Shown: positions 35,979 to 47,196 of the stretch, piece after piece | How positions within the stretch are numbered: position 1 is the stretch's first letter | How the letters are laid out: every line of letters starts with the position of its first letter | Origin: Gemmatimonadota bacterium | GTDB taxonomy: Bacteria > Latescibacterota > UBA2968 > UBA8231 | DNA: 56,894 nucleotides | Direction: 5' to 3' | Assembly (NCBI GenBank): GCA_038128265.1 | Contig: JAYPJE010000026.1 | Span: forward strand, 1 to 56,894 | Made by a program: the position numbers and the translations under genes | Notes under the pieces: generated by a model | Databases searched by the model: none | What the model saw: only the letters and a program-made list of their open reading frames with translations | What the model was told of the DNA's origin: nothing

Positions 35979-38900
35979 ATGTCCGAGGCGGCTAGGTGGC
36001 GCATTTGGATTGATACCGGAGGAACGTTTACCGACTGTTTGGCGGTGGCACCAGACGGGCTGACCCGGCGTATCAAGGTGCTCAGTAGCAGCGCGCTGCG
36101 CGGCGTGGTGGTCGAGCAGTTGGCGCCTCAACGGCTGCGTATTCGCGCCGACTGGCTGACTGGAGCCCGCGTTGTGAGCGGCTTTTCCTTTGTGCTATTG
36201 GGTGTAGGCGAGACCCAATCGCGCCGCGTTGTGGCCTGTGACGCCGCGTCGGCTACGGTGGAATTGGACGGACCGCTCGCGTGTTCTGCCGGCGCGTCGT
36301 TTGAGGTGCGCTGTCCACACGAAGCGCCCATTTTAGCCGCTCAACTCGCCACCGGTGCCGCGTCGCCGGCCGAACTGCCTGCGCTGTCTATGCGTCTAGG
36401 CACGACGCGTGCTACCAATGCGCTGTTGGAGCGGCGCGGCGTGCCGACTGCGCTCTTTATAACGCGTGGGTTTGCCGATTTACTGCGCATTGGTACCCAG
36501 GCGCGTCCCGATCTATTCGCGTTGCATATCCAGCGTCCGGAGCCGCTGTACGAGGCCGTTGTCGAAGTCGACGAGCGGCTAGATGCGGCGGGTCATGTCG
36601 TAACTGCGCTGGATGAGGCCGCGCTGCGTGCACGCGCGAGGGAATTGGTAGAGCGCGGCATAGATACGGCGGCGGTGGCGCTGATGCATAGCTACGTCGA
36701 ACCGATTCACGAACAGCGCGTTGCCAGCTGCCTGCGCGAATGCGGTTTCCGCTACGTAGTGTGCTCTGCACAGCGTGCTCCGTTTATCAACGTGCTATCG
36801 CGCGCACAAACGGCTGTAGTCGATGCCTATGTCGGGCCCGTGGTCGACGCCTACCTGGGCGACGTGCAGCGCGCGCTAGGAGATGGAACGCTGCACGTAA
36901 TGACCAGCGCAGGCGGTTTGCTCACAGCCTCGGAGTTTTGCGCCAAAGACAGCTTGTTGAGCGGCCCTGCCGGCGGCGTAGTTGGCGCTGCGCTCGCGGG
37001 GCGAAAGGCCGGCTTTGAGCGCGTAATTAGCTTTGATATGGGCGGGACCAGCACGGACGTGGCGCGCGTTGACGGCGCCTACGAATACGCGTTCGAACAC
37101 GAAGTAGGCGATGCGCATCTGGTGGCACCGGCGCTGGCCATAGAGACGGTCGCCGCGGGCGGGGGCTCGATTTGCAGCGTGCGCGCCGGGCGACTGCGCG
37201 TCGGGCCCGAGAGCGCCGGTGCGCGTCCGGGCCCAGCCTGCTACGGGGCCGGTGGACCGCTGACGCTGACGGATGTCAACCTGCTGTTGGGCCGCTTGGA
37301 TCCCGAGCGCTTTGGCATTCCCATACACAGAGAACCTGCCGAGCAGCGCCTCGACGAGGTCGTCGAAGCGCTGCGCCGGGACGGTGTGCCGGTGCCCGAA
37401 CGCGAGGCGTTGCTGTCGGGCTTTGTCGAGATTGCCGACGAGCGCATGGCCGACGCCATTCGTCGGATTTCGCTGCAGCGTGGATACGACCCGGTCGAAT
37501 ACGCGCTAGTGGCCTTTGGCGGTGCGGGTGCCCAGCACGCCTGCGGAGTGGCCGAGCGACTGGGCATTGAGGTCGTGCTGGTACCCGTCGATGCGGGTTT
37601 GCTCAGTGCGTCGGGAATCGGCCATGCCGCGATCGAACGCTTTGCCGAGCGCCAAGTCCTCCGGCCGCTGGACGAAGTGGAACCGGTGCTGGCAGATATA
37701 ATGGGCCAGGTGCAGGACGAAGCGCTCGAGCGCATTGGACGCGAAGAGGGCGGGCGAGCCGAGGTGCAGCGGCGCATTGTCGAACTGCGCTTTGTCGGCC
37801 AGGACGAGCCGCTGGCACTCGATTGGTGCGAAAATCTGAAGGAGGCATTTGTCGCTCGCCATCTAGAGCTATACGGGTATGAGCCAGAGGCGCGGCGCAT
37901 TGAAGTTGTCGCTGTGCGCGCCGTCGCCGCCGTGCTGCACGCAGGTGATGACATAGCCGTGCAAACCTTGCGCGACGATGCGCCAGTGCCGCAGCGCACC
38001 GTGCACCTGTGGGCGGGCGAGGCCTGGCAAGAGGCGGCGCTCTACGATCGCAGTGCGCTGCATCCCGGAGCCCAGTTAGAAGGACCGGCTCTGATCTTTG
38101 AAGCGCACAGCGCCACCTTTGTTGGTGGCACTTGGCGCGCACAGGTCGACGCGCACGGATCGCTCGTGCTGCGCCACGCGGCCGGTCCGCAGCGCGATGA
38201 AAAAGCGCGCCCCGAGGCGGTGCGTTTGGAGCTTTTTATCAACGGGCTGCGCAGCGTCGCGCGCGATATGGGCGCCGTATTACAGCGCACCGCCCTGTCG
38301 ACCAATATCAAGGAACGCCTCGATTTTTCCTGTGCCCTGCTCGACGCGGAGGGCAAGCTCGTCGTCAATGCTCCCCACATTCCCGTACACTTGGGCGCGC
38401 TAGGGCTGTGCGTGCGTGCCGTAGTCCAGCGATTGGATCTGTGTCCCGGAGATACGGTGGTGACCAATCACCCCGGCTTTGGTGGCTCGCACCTGCCCGA
38501 TATTACGCTGGTAACGCCCGTTTTCTCGCGCGAGGATGTGCTGTTGGGCTACGTTGCCAGCCGGGCGCATCACGCAGAGATTGGCGGCATTCGACCTGGG
38601 TCAATGCCGCCGCATGCAACGCAGCTGATCGAAGAGGGAGTCGTACTAGAGCCGATGTACTTAGCTCGCACAGGCCGCGTTGATTGGCCGGCGCTGCGCG
38701 CGCTGCTCGGCCAGGGGCCCTACCCATCGCGCGCCGTTGAAGACAACCTAGCCGACTTGGCCGCTGCGCTTGCCGCCAACTATCGCGGCGTAGAGGGTAT
38801 GCGCGCTCTGTTTGAACGCCACGGCCCGCAGGCTGGGCACTATATGACGCTATTGCAGCGCGAGGCGGCAGAGGGCGTGCGCCGCGCTTTGCGCCGCTTG

Positions 38901-39752
38901 GGTGACGGCGTCTATGCGGCGCGCGACGCAATGGATGACGGCACGCCAATCGCCGTGCGCATCGAAGTGCACGATGGGCGTGCGCGCGTCGATTGGTCGG
39001 GCACGGGGGGCGTGCATCCGGGCAATTTGAACGCGACGCCGGCTATTGCGCACAGCGCGCTGCTCTACGTGCTGCGCCTGCTCGTAGCCGAAGACTTGCC
39101 CCTAAACGAAGGCATGTTGGATCCGGTCGATATGCACCTGCCGAACGGCTCTCTGCTAGCGCCCGATTTCTCCCAGTCGCCCGCGCGCGCTCCCGCCGTC
39201 GTGGGAGGCAACGTCGAGACGAGTCAGCGCCTCGTCGCCGCACTGCTCAGAGCGCTAGAATGCTGTGCGGGCAGCCAAGCAACGATGAACAACGTGCTGT
39301 TCGGCAACGAGCGCTTTGGCTACTACGAGACGGTGTGCGGAGGAACAGGTGCCGGCGCCCATTTTCACGGTGCTGATGCCGTTCACAGCCACATGACCAA
39401 CACGCGCATTACCGACCCAGAAATCCTCGAACACCGCTACCCGGTGCGGGTAGAGCAGTTTGCAATACGCCGCGGCTCGGGGGGCAAGGGGCAGTTTCGC
39501 GGTGGGGACGGGGCCGTGCGGTGCCTGTGCTTTTTGGAAGAAATGGACCTATCGCTCCTGACCCAGCAGCGTCGCACGGGCGCCTATGGGCTGCGAGGAG
39601 GAAGCCGCGGAGCCGTTGGACGCCAGCGGGTAGAGCGCGCCGATGGATCGCACGTCGAACTGGCTGCGATAGACGGCTGTCGCGTGTATCCAGGAGATCG
39701 CCTCGTGCTCGAGACGCCCGGCGGCGGAGGCTTTGGAGAGGAGATGGCATAG
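35979..39752 (+). CDS. Fused hydantoinase A/B / 5-oxoprolinase (ATP-hydrolysing)
   Basis: [64 protein letters not shown] and TPGGGGFG motifs. Confidence 0.95.
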   Translation: MSEAARWRIWIDTGGTFTDCLAVAPDGLTRRIKVLSSSALRGVVVEQLAPQRLRIRADWLTGARVVSGFSFVLLGVGETQSRRVVACDAASATVELDGPLACSAGASFEVRCPHEAPILAAQLATGAASPAELPALSMRLGTTRATNALLERRGVPTALFITRGFADLLRIGTQARPDLFALHIQRPEPLYEAVVEVDERLDAAGHVVTALDEAALRARARELVERGIDTAAVALMHSYVEPIHEQRVASCLRECGFRYVVCSAQRAPFINVLSRAQTAVVDAYVGPVVDAYLGDVQRALGDGTLHVMTSAGGLLTASEFCAKDSLLSGPAGGVVGAALAGRKAGFERVISFDMGGTSTDVARVDGAYEYAFEHEVGDAHLVAPALAIETVAAGGGSICSVRAGRLRVGPESAGARPGPACYGAGGPLTLTDVNLLLGRLDPERFGIPIHREPAEQRLDEVVEALRRDGVPVPEREALLSGFVEIADERMADAIRRISLQRGYDPVEYALVAFGGAGAQHACGVAERLGIEVVLVPVDAGLLSASGIGHAAIERFAERQVLRPLDEVEPVLADIMGQVQDEALERIGREEGGRAEVQRRIVELRFVGQDEPLALDWCENLKEAFVARHLELYGYEPEARRIEVVAVRAVAAVLHAGDDIAVQTLRDDAPVPQRTVHLWAGEAWQEAALYDRSALHPGAQLEGPALIFEAHSATFVGGTWRAQVDAHGSLVLRHAAGPQRDEKARPEAVRLELFINGLRSVARDMGAVLQRTALSTNIKERLDFSCALLDAEGKLVVNAPHIPVHLGALGLCVRAVVQRLDLCPGDTVVTNHPGFGGSHLPDITLVTPVFSREDVLLGYVASRAHHAEIGGIRPGSMPPHATQLIEEGVVLEPMYLARTGRVDWPALRALLGQGPYPSRAVEDNLADLAAALAANYRGVEGMRALFERHGPQAGHYMTLLQREAAEGVRRALRRLGDGVYAARDAMDDGTPIAVRIEVHDGRARVDWSGTGGVHPGNLNATPAIAHSALLYVLRLLVAEDLPLNEGMLDPVDMHLPNGSLLAPDFSQSPARAPAVVGGNVETSQRLVAALLRALECCAGSQATMNNVLFGNERFGYYETVCGGTGAGAHFHGADAVHSHMTNTRITDPEILEHRYPVRVEQFAIRRGSGGKGQFRGGDGAVRCLCFLEEMDLSLLTQQRRTGAYGLRGGSRGAVGRQRVERADGSHVELAAIDGCRVYPGDRLVLETPGGGGFGEEMA

Positions 39753-40631
39753 ATGATTGCACTGCTGTGGGGAGCGTCCCTGATATGGGGCGTCGGATTC
39801 GCTGCCGCGGATTTTTACGACCACTGGGCTGATGGGCGTGCCGAGCTATCCAGCTACGACGTGGTGCAGCCGCGCTACGGGCAAATGCGCACCGGCTACG
39901 GCGTACTGATCTTCGTAACTGAGGATATCAACCGCGAAACGCATATTAAGGTCGAGTCGGCACAGCCGCGCGAGGATCGCCTCTACGTGCTCAAGCTCAA
40001 CAACGTGCTCAAATTCACCACGGGCATATACGACTACTCGGTCATGACCTCAGTGTTCAGCGAGGTTGAGGGCGAAGAGCATCCGTTTGAACTGCGCAAA
40101 ATATCGCTCAGTGCCCAGGAGTGGTGCGGCCATGTATTCGAAGAAATACGCGTGCGCGAAGGACGCCTCCACGGTTATTTAAACAGCTATTTTGAGCGGG
40201 AAGGACGCGCTGATTATTGGCTGGAAAAACCGCGCTCATTTGCCAGCGAAGACGGACTGCTGATCCGCTTGCGCGAGCTAAAGGGCGAGTGGCTTGCCGC
40301 TGGTCAGAGCATAGATCTATATCTGTTACCTGCCCTGTGGTCGCTGCGCGCGTCTCACGCCGAGCATGCGTTGGTCAGCGCCCGCTTGCACAAGGGGCCG
40401 ATAGAGCAAGTGGCGTTGGCCGAAGGGCCATTGGCCGCACGCATCTGGCGTTTGGAAATGGAAGGGGGGTGGAAGCAGTACTGGGTTGAAGAAGCCTACC
40501 CCCACCGCATTCTCCAATGGCGACACAGCGACGGCGGCAGCGGGCAGTTGAAAAAGACGATTCGCGTGCCCTACTGGTCGCTGAATGGCAACGCCGATAG
40601 CACCTATCGCAGGGAGCTAGGTATACCCTGA
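39753..40631 (+). CDS. Conserved hypothetical exported protein
   Basis: Signal-like N-terminus; G.AELSSY...RYG, LIFVTE, TGIYDYS.MTSVF and QEWCGH motifs. Coupled to the oxoprolinase stop codon. Confidence 0.7.
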   Translation: MIALLWGASLIWGVGFAAADFYDHWADGRAELSSYDVVQPRYGQMRTGYGVLIFVTEDINRETHIKVESAQPREDRLYVLKLNNVLKFTTGIYDYSVMTSVFSEVEGEEHPFELRKISLSAQEWCGHVFEEIRVREGRLHGYLNSYFEREGRADYWLEKPRSFASEDGLLIRLRELKGEWLAAGQSIDLYLLPALWSLRASHAEHALVSARLHKGPIEQVALAEGPLAARIWRLEMEGGWKQYWVEEAYPHRILQWRHSDGGSGQLKKTIRVPYWSLNGNADSTYRRELGIP

Positions 40632-40658
40632 GATAGATGCCATCGGCGCTGCGCGAGG

Positions 40659-41501
40659 TCAGTTGCTGGCTTCGTATTCGGCCATCAGGCCGCGCAGATA
40701 GCTAACGGCCTTGGGCACGGCGCTGGCTTCCTCCTCAACGTCCTGCCCCTCATAGACGATGGACAGCCACCCGTTGAAGTTAACGCCTTTGAGAATTTCG
40801 AAAATGCGCGGGTAGTTGAGCCACTCCTCAACTCCGTTTTGAATGCGGTAAATTTTGCAGCGCACATGCACGGCCAGCGGCGCCGTCTCTTCGATGCTGC
40901 CGTAGAAGTTGAGCGCTGGATCTTCCGTGCCACGCTGGCCTGAAGCGCCGGGCGAGCCGACGTATTGGCCGGTGTCGAGAATGTGCGAGAAGTACGGATT
41001 GTCTACCTCAGAAATAATGCGGCGGACGTCTTTACCCGTGCGCGTAACGCAGCCGTGGTTGTGGTTGTGGAGGCCGACGACAACGCCTTTTTCTTGACCG
41101 TAAGAAGCAACTTCTTGCAGGCAGGGAATCATGCGTGCCCACACCGCTTCTTCGCTGTCGCCTTCGGGAATCCAGGCTGCAAAAACGCGGACGAGGGGGA
41201 TGCCCATATAGGCGGCTACATCGATCCAGTGCTTGGCGGTGTCCACTTCGTTTTCCAGTTGCTCTTGGGGTTTGCCAAAGTTGGAACTAATGCCGATGTA
41301 GGACAGGGCGAGGCCGCGCTTGAGGGCCTGCATGCGAATGGAGCGCAGATAGTCGGGTTCGGTAGAAGCTAGAGCCCGCGTGTGAATATCAATGCCGTCG
41401 AGGCGCATTTGATAGGCGCGTTCGATAAAACCTTCAAGGTCGATTTTGCCCGCGGCAAATTCGTCTTTGTAGCTGAGCGACATACAGCCTAACTTGAGCA
41501 T
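40659..41501 (-). CDS. Sugar phosphate isomerase/epimerase (xylose-isomerase-like TIM barrel)
   Basis: LVRVFA, GLHNHNHG, ILDTG, HVRCK and FNGWLSIVYEG motifs. AAGGAG RBS before ATG 41501. Confidence 0.85.
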   Translation of the reverse strand: MLKLGCMSLSYKDEFAAGKIDLEGFIERAYQMRLDGIDIHTRALASTEPDYLRSIRMQALKRGLALSYIGISSNFGKPQEQLENEVDTAKHWIDVAAYMGIPLVRVFAAWIPEGDSEEAVWARMIPCLQEVASYGQEKGVVVGLHNHNHGCVTRTGKDVRRIISEVDNPYFSHILDTGQYVGSPGASGQRGTEDPALNFYGSIEETAPLAVHVRCKIYRIQNGVEEWLNYPRIFEILKGVNFNGWLSIVYEGQDVEEEASAVPKAVSYLRGLMAEYEASN

Positions 41502-41581
41502 CGGATCTATCTCCTTCAAACAGTGCGTGAGCAGTTTTTCACAAAATAATAAATAGCGCCGCTCTCCCCAAGTGCACCGGA

Positions 41582-42718
41582 CTAGGGTGGGACAGAAGCG
41601 TCGAAATAAGAGCGCAGGGCGCCGTACACGGCCGAGTGGCCCGCCGCGTTCCAATGGCCGTCCGCGCCGTTGAACAGGAGCTCTGCTCTGCGCTCCTTGC
41701 GGCGCGCGAACTCTGCGTGTAAATCGATCCAGCCGATGCCTTGCCGCCGTGCAAAGGTGCGTACATGCCGTTCGATGCCATCTTGGGACACCGCGAAATC
41801 AGCGGGCCAGCCGTAGAGCGGGTGCTGCTTGCCGACCACGGCCTCGTCCGCCCAGGCAAAGGGCAGCGGTACTAGCGCGATATGCAGCGCGATGCGGCGC
41901 TGCTGCAAATAGGCGTGCATGGCGCCGACGACGTTCAGCGTTGAGTCTGCGTTGGCGCGCAGGTCGGGTGGCCACTGTTCGGGAGACTGTGACAGGTGGA
42001 TAATTTCTCCGGGGATGCTCGGTTGGCTGCTGTTGCCGGCCGGTCGCCAGGCCGTCGCTGCGCGTCCATAGACCCTGCGCGCTAGCTGCAGTAGAGCCGA
42101 ATGCGCTAGGGCAACATCGGCAAAAGAGGGTTCCCCGATACGGTAACCGACCGGCAGGCCATCGCGGTAGATTGCCTGTTGGCGATAGGCGGCATCGGTC
42201 TGATGAAACGCGTCGATGCGGTAGAAATCGTTGCTGCACAGGAAGAGCACCACGTCGTCAGGTTGCAGCGCAAGGCCGCGGTGATACAGCCAGGAAAATT
42301 CCGGCGTAGGCGACCAGCTGACCATACCGTGGCTAATAAATTCGCCGCGCGGTGCAAAGTGTGCGTTCAGCAGCTGGCCAAACGTTTGCTCGAAGGCGAC
42401 TTCGTCGGCCTGCACAAACGAGTCGCCCAGCAGCAGGATGCGCCGTCCTACCTTGGCGCCGGGAAGAGGGCCGCGTATGCCGAGGGCATTGATTTCGTTG
42501 TGGGCGGGTGCAAAGTGATCGCCCGGGCCGGGATGCATCGTGAAGTGCGTGTTGGGTCGGTAGTCGTGGTGCACCTGTGCATCGGCAAAGACGCGTCGGC
42601 TGTCGGGTGGCGCGTAGCCGCTCCACAGGTGGCGCACGGCGCTCTCAGCCCCAAGCAGCAGCAGGACGTAAAAGGGTAAGAAAACGAGTAGGGGATGCGT
42701 TCTAAATCGGCGGCGCAT
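41582..42718 (-). CDS. SGNH/GDSL-hydrolase-like membrane-anchored protein
   Basis: N-terminal TM; LLGDSF, SND and DGHWNAAGH motifs. Confidence 0.8.
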   Translation of the reverse strand: MRRRFRTHPLLVFLPFYVLLLLGAESAVRHLWSGYAPPDSRRVFADAQVHHDYRPNTHFTMHPGPGDHFAPAHNEINALGIRGPLPGAKVGRRILLLGDSFVQADEVAFEQTFGQLLNAHFAPRGEFISHGMVSWSPTPEFSWLYHRGLALQPDDVVLFLCSNDFYRIDAFHQTDAAYRQQAIYRDGLPVGYRIGEPSFADVALAHSALLQLARRVYGRAATAWRPAGNSSQPSIPGEIIHLSQSPEQWPPDLRANADSTLNVVGAMHAYLQQRRIALHIALVPLPFAWADEAVVGKQHPLYGWPADFAVSQDGIERHVRTFARRQGIGWIDLHAEFARRKERRAELLFNGADGHWNAAGHSAVYGALRSYFDASVPP

Positions 42719-42831
42719 AACGGATAATATAGGGACAAACGGGCGCGTATGACGTTTGCTCGCACTGGGCCTTTATGCTATTTTCTCGCCTTTGCTAACA
42801 GGCTTTCATACGCTATACGAGGATTTGGTCC

Positions 42832-43947
42832 ATGATTGAGATGGCTGGCTATAAGGTCGCCGATCCCGATTCGTTGGAAACGCCGGCGATGGTGGTATAC
42901 GAGGCGCGCATCGACCACAATATTCGCGCGCAGGCCGAGTGGGTGGGTGGCGCGCACAATCTGATGCCGCACGTTAAAACGCACAAGGCGGAAGCGGTGG
43001 CGCAGAAACAGGTCCAAGCCGGTGTGGTCGGCTTTAAATGCGCGACCTTGAGCGAGTTGGAGATGGCGTTGAATGCCGGCGGCAAAGAGGTCGTGCTCGC
43101 CTACCCGCTGACGCAGCGCATTAAGGTAGAACGCTTTGCCGATATCGCCGCCAAAAACGGCGATGCGCTCGTAGTAGCCATTGCCAGCCGTCCCGAACAC
43201 GTGGAGCTGCTCGGTGCCGTAGCGCAGCAGCGCGGCGCGGTGCTGCAGGTCATGGTCGATCTCGACGTGGGCATGCATCGCACCGGCGTGGCGCCGGCCG
43301 ATGCGGTGGAGCTGTATCGTCAAATTGCGGCCCACGCCCATTTGGCGGCGCGCGGTCTGCACGTCTACGACGGGCACGACCACTACGCGGATCCGGCCCA
43401 GCGCGAGCAAGTTGCCGGCGTGCATATAGAGGAGACGCGGGCGCTGGTGCGCCGCCTCACGGACGAAGGCCTGTCCGTCGAGCGACTCGTTGGTGGTGGC
43501 TCGTTTTCCTTCGCCTACTACGCGCGCGCTGAAGGGTTTTGCGGTTCGCCGGGCACCAGTATCTACTGGGATACGGGCTATGGCGATGCCATGCCGGATA
43601 TGCCCTTTGAATGGGCGGCGCTCGTGTTGGGCCAGGTTGTCGACGTGCACGCCGATGCGCAAGGTCAGACCATTACTACCGATCTGGGACACAAGGCCAT
43701 ATGCGGAGATATTCCCCTCGCCAAGCGCGCGCGCCTGCTCAACGATCCGAGCGCTGAGCTGGTAGCGCAGAACGAAGAGCACGGGGTATTTCGTTGGCAA
43801 GGTCCGCTGCCGGCTATTGGCGCATACGTCTTGGCGGTGCCCGGCCACGTCTGTCCTACGACGATGCGCTATCCGGGTAGCTACGTCCTCGACGCCGAGG
43901 GGCAGGTGGTCGATTACTACCCGCACACGGCGCGTGATCGCCACTAG
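42832..43947 (+). CDS. PLP-dependent D-threonine aldolase / D-serine dehydratase-like enzyme (fold type III)
   Basis: ETPA, PHVKTHK, DVGMHRTG, YDGH, DLGHKA, EEHG and PGHVCPT motifs. Confidence 0.9.
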   Translation: MIEMAGYKVADPDSLETPAMVVYEARIDHNIRAQAEWVGGAHNLMPHVKTHKAEAVAQKQVQAGVVGFKCATLSELEMALNAGGKEVVLAYPLTQRIKVERFADIAAKNGDALVVAIASRPEHVELLGAVAQQRGAVLQVMVDLDVGMHRTGVAPADAVELYRQIAAHAHLAARGLHVYDGHDHYADPAQREQVAGVHIEETRALVRRLTDEGLSVERLVGGGSFSFAYYARAEGFCGSPGTSIYWDTGYGDAMPDMPFEWAALVLGQVVDVHADAQGQTITTDLGHKAICGDIPLAKRARLLNDPSAELVAQNEEHGVFRWQGPLPAIGAYVLAVPGHVCPTTMRYPGSYVLDAEGQVVDYYPHTARDRH

Positions 43948-43953
43948 GTAGGC

Positions 43954-44607
43954 GTGGGGCCGCTGGCGCCCAACTGGCTTGTAGAGCACATTGCCGCTCG
44001 GCACATTGTCGATGCGGCCGAGCGCTGGGCGCGCGGTCGCGTGCTCGACGTGGGCTGTGGGGCAATGCCTTACGCGCACGCGTTCGGCGAGTACGTGGGA
44101 TTGGAGTACGATCTGGCGCGCTACCCGCATACGCGTCCGCACATTGGGGGCAGTGCCCTCCACCTACCCGTGCGCGATGCCAGTTTTGATACGGTGTTTT
44201 CCTCGCAGGTCCTAGAGCACGTTCCCGAACCGTGGCGGATGGTAGAAGAAATGGCGCGCGTGCTTAAGCCCGGCGGCTGCTTGCTGATTAGCGCGCCGCA
44301 TATTTGGGGCCTACACGAAGTGCCTCACGACTACTTTCGCTTTACCTGCTATGGCCTACAGCACCTCGTTGAACGCGTGGGCCTGCAGGTTGTTGAGGTG
44401 CGGCCCATGGCGGGTTATTGGGTGACGGCCGGTGCCCGCTTTTGCTATTATCTGCGCCGTTTCCAGCGCCGATTTGTTGGTCCGTTAATGGGGCCGATCT
44501 ACGCCGCGGTCCAGTATTTGGCATGGGGTTTGGATCGACTGCATCGGGTCGATAGCGATGCTTGGAACTATTTGATTGTCGCGCGTCGGCCGGGTGGTGC
44601 GCGGTGA
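43954..44607 (+). CDS. Class I SAM-dependent methyltransferase
   Basis: VLDVGCG, QVLEHVPEP, RVLKPGG and PHDYFRFT motifs. Confidence 0.9.
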   Translation: MGPLAPNWLVEHIAARHIVDAAERWARGRVLDVGCGAMPYAHAFGEYVGLEYDLARYPHTRPHIGGSALHLPVRDASFDTVFSSQVLEHVPEPWRMVEEMARVLKPGGCLLISAPHIWGLHEVPHDYFRFTCYGLQHLVERVGLQVVEVRPMAGYWVTAGARFCYYLRRFQRRFVGPLMGPIYAAVQYLAWGLDRLHRVDSDAWNYLIVARRPGGAR

Positions 44608-45779
44608 ATCGCCGCCTCGTTGCCGTCCTGCTGCTGGCGCTGGCACTGCGCGTGGTTGCTGCGCTCGCGTTCGACGGGCGCACCGTATCGTCGGACGAGA
44701 TGCACTGGCAGCGCATGGCCGAAAATCTCTGGCGCGACGGCTTGCTGAGCCCGGAGGCCGGTTTTTTCCGCCCGCCGTTATACCCACTCGCCATATCGCT
44801 GGTGTACGAGGCATTTGGCAACGAGCCGCTCGCCGTGCGCCTATTACAGGCCGCTGTATCGGCGGCTACGTGCTGGGTGCCGTATGCGCTAGCGCGTGCG
44901 GCGTGCGGCCCTGTTGCGGGCCTGTGTGCGGCACTGCTGGCAGCGTGCTATCCGCTCTTTGTCTTTTTTTCAGGCATTTTAATGGCCGAGACGCTGTTAT
45001 TGGGCTGCGTGGCGGCTGCGCTGTGGCAGGTCCAACGACTGCTGGCAGAACCCGGTGTCGTGCGCGCAGCTGGACTGGGTGCAACGCTGGGTATAGGTGC
45101 CCTATGTAAGCCGGTCTTATTGGCTTGGCTGCCTTTTCTCGCTGCTATATTGTGGATTCAAATGGCCCTGCCGCCGCGCTCTAAGCTCGGCTATCTGGCC
45201 ATGCTCTCGGCGACGTTGGTGATCAGCGTTGCGCCGTGGACGCTGCGCAACTTCCAGGTTAGTGGACGCCTCGTGCCCATTTCCACCAACCTCGGCATTA
45301 ACCTGCTGGTCGGGCACGAAGAGAATGCGACGGGGCGCTATCGCGACGGAGCGGACTATTGGCAGATGATGGAAGAAATATCGGGTTTCGAAGCTGATCC
45401 CGTGCGCCGCGATGCCGTTGTCGCCGAGCGGATGTTGGCGCGCATCGCCGCCGACCCGCTGCGCGCACTGCACCTAGCCGCTAAGAAGACCGTTTTGCTG
45501 TGGATCCCTCTGCTGCCGGACGCGTCGCCGCTGCACTTTTTTACTGCGCTGCTGACGGGCGGTTGCGTTCTAATTTTGGGTATGCTCGGGCTGTGGCAGC
45601 TGCGCGGCGACGCGCTGGCCTGGTCGGCGGCTTCGCTGGCTATCGCGCTGACCTGCGTGCACGCACTTTTTTTTGCGCATATGCGCTTCCGCCTGCCAAT
45701 CGACCTGGCGCTGGTGGCACCGGCTGCCTGCTGGATTGCCATGCGTCTACCGAGTGGGAAATGCGATGAACGCGCTTAA
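44604..45779 (+). CDS. ArnT/GT39-like membrane glycosyltransferase
   Basis: SDE, RPPLYP, AETL, PWTLRN and RFRLP motifs; polytopic. GTG overlaps the upstream stop codon. Confidence 0.8.
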   Translation: MNRRLVAVLLLALALRVVAALAFDGRTVSSDEMHWQRMAENLWRDGLLSPEAGFFRPPLYPLAISLVYEAFGNEPLAVRLLQAAVSAATCWVPYALARAACGPVAGLCAALLAACYPLFVFFSGILMAETLLLGCVAAALWQVQRLLAEPGVVRAAGLGATLGIGALCKPVLLAWLPFLAAILWIQMALPPRSKLGYLAMLSATLVISVAPWTLRNFQVSGRLVPISTNLGINLLVGHEENATGRYRDGADYWQMMEEISGFEADPVRRDAVVAERMLARIAADPLRALHLAAKKTVLLWIPLLPDASPLHFFTALLTGGCVLILGMLGLWQLRGDALAWSAASLAIALTCVHALFFAHMRFRLPIDLALVAPAACWIAMRLPSGKCDERA

Positions 45780-47196
45780 TTTTGCCCTCGTCCGCCCCGA
45801 CAATCGCGCACTGCTGTGGTGCGCCGTTCTAGTACAGCTCGCGCTGATATGTGCGCCGATCTACGTTGCTCCACGTCTATTCTGGGTGGTGCCCGCCGTA
45901 GCATGTGGCATGGCCTTTTTTCTGTTCTCCGTCGAGCGCTCGCTGTCGCTGCTGCTGGCGGTAACGGTTGTCCTACCGGCTAGCGCGCTGGCTGAGTTGG
46001 TGCTGCCGGGTGGGGTGCGCCTGCAAGAGGGCTTTTTGCTGTTGGTGTGTTTCTTCGCCGTTATAGATTGGGTGTATCGTCGCGGTTTGCGCGTACAGCA
46101 CACGGCAGTTGACGGCGCGGTCCTCCTGTTCTTATCCGTGGCTATTTTCTCCATCGGCGTTGGCTTTTTGTACGGCAACGCCGCCACCGTTATTTGGCGC
46201 GATGTGCGATTTCCCCTCTACTACGTTGCATTTTTTGTCGTCAGCCACTTTGTCAGCGGGCGCAGTGCTCTGCGCTACTATGCGCCGCTGCTCGTCGTGC
46301 TCGGGCTCGTTGTATCGTTTGAATACGTGCTAGAGTTTGTCGGCGCTATAGACCTGTCTGTGGGCGATCGCTTTGTGCGCGTGGCGCGCCTGCAGGGCAT
46401 GATTCTGCCCGTGGCGCTGTTGCTCATCGTCGCCGAGTTAGTATGGGCGCCGCGGCGATGGGGCAAGCCGCTGCTGCTGCTGCTGTTCTTTCCCGTTGGC
46501 CTGGCGTTCGTGCTAACGGTGGGTCGCAGTATGTGGGCCGTCTTTATCATTGGTCTTGTATGCATCGCCTATATGCAGGGCCGTCTGCGCGGAGGGCGCA
46601 GTCGCTGGCGCGCCGCCGCACTGGTCGTAGCCATTTTGGCCCTGCTGGCCGGCACCGTATTTTTCTTTCAGCGCTTTACCGGTGCCTCCATTGGCGCTCA
46701 GGTCTTTGAACGCTCGCGTTCGCTGGTCGAGTACGAAGACAACGTGCACGTCCTAGGCCGGCTATTTTCCTATGCCGTGGCACTAGAAGCCGTCGGCGAG
46801 CGTCCGCTGCTGGGATACGGACAGGGCAAGACGCTCATGTTGCTCAACTTTAACGAAAAAATGCTGCGCTTTGAGTGGACGCGCGCATGGACGGTCGACA
46901 GTCTGTACTTGACGCTGCTGCTGAAAATGGGCGTGCTGGGAACGGCGGCTTTTTTCTGGTTGTACGGGCGCGTTATGCTGCTGTCTTGGCGCACGTTTTA
47001 TGGCTGCAATGATCCGCATGTGCGCTCGTTTTGCGCCGCTGTATTTGCCCTGCTAACGGGCATGTTGGCGCTTGGCTTGGGCAATGCATCGATGATCAAC
47101 GGGCGCTTTGCACTGGTCTACGCGGTGCTCTTTGGCATGGTCGCCGTCGTGGCGCGCGATGTGCAGGAAGGTACTATACGTGCACGCACTGAGTGA
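45766..47196 (+). CDS. O-antigen ligase/polymerase-family membrane protein
   Basis: Multi-TM; LTVGRS, GR...PLLGYGQG and DSLYLTLLLKMGVLG motifs. Confidence 0.8.
   Translation: MNALNFALVRPDNRALLWCAVLVQLALICAPIYVAPRLFWVVPAVACGMAFFLFSVERSLSLLLAVTVVLPASALAELVLPGGVRLQEGFLLLVCFFAVIDWVYRRGLRVQHTAVDGAVLLFLSVAIFSIGVGFLYGNAATVIWRDVRFPLYYVAFFVVSHFVSGRSALRYYAPLLVVLGLVVSFEYVLEFVGAIDLSVGDRFVRVARLQGMILPVALLLIVAELVWAPRRWGKPLLLLLFFPVGLAFVLTVGRSMWAVFIIGLVCIAYMQGRLRGGRSRWRAAALVVAILALLAGTVFFFQRFTGASIGAQVFERSRSLVEYEDNVHVLGRLFSYAVALEAVGERPLLGYGQGKTLMLLNFNEKMLRFEWTRAWTVDSLYLTLLLKMGVLGTAAFFWLYGRVMLLSWRTFYGCNDPHVRSFCAAVFALLTGMLALGLGNASMINGRFALVYAVLFGMVAVVARDVQEGTIRARTE

Noticed and set aside
42778..44163. 461-aa antisense ORF (similarly 11953-12957, 37241-37999 and many others)
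   Set aside because: These are shadow ORFs opposite well-supported genes, expected in high-GC DNA, and carry no motifs.
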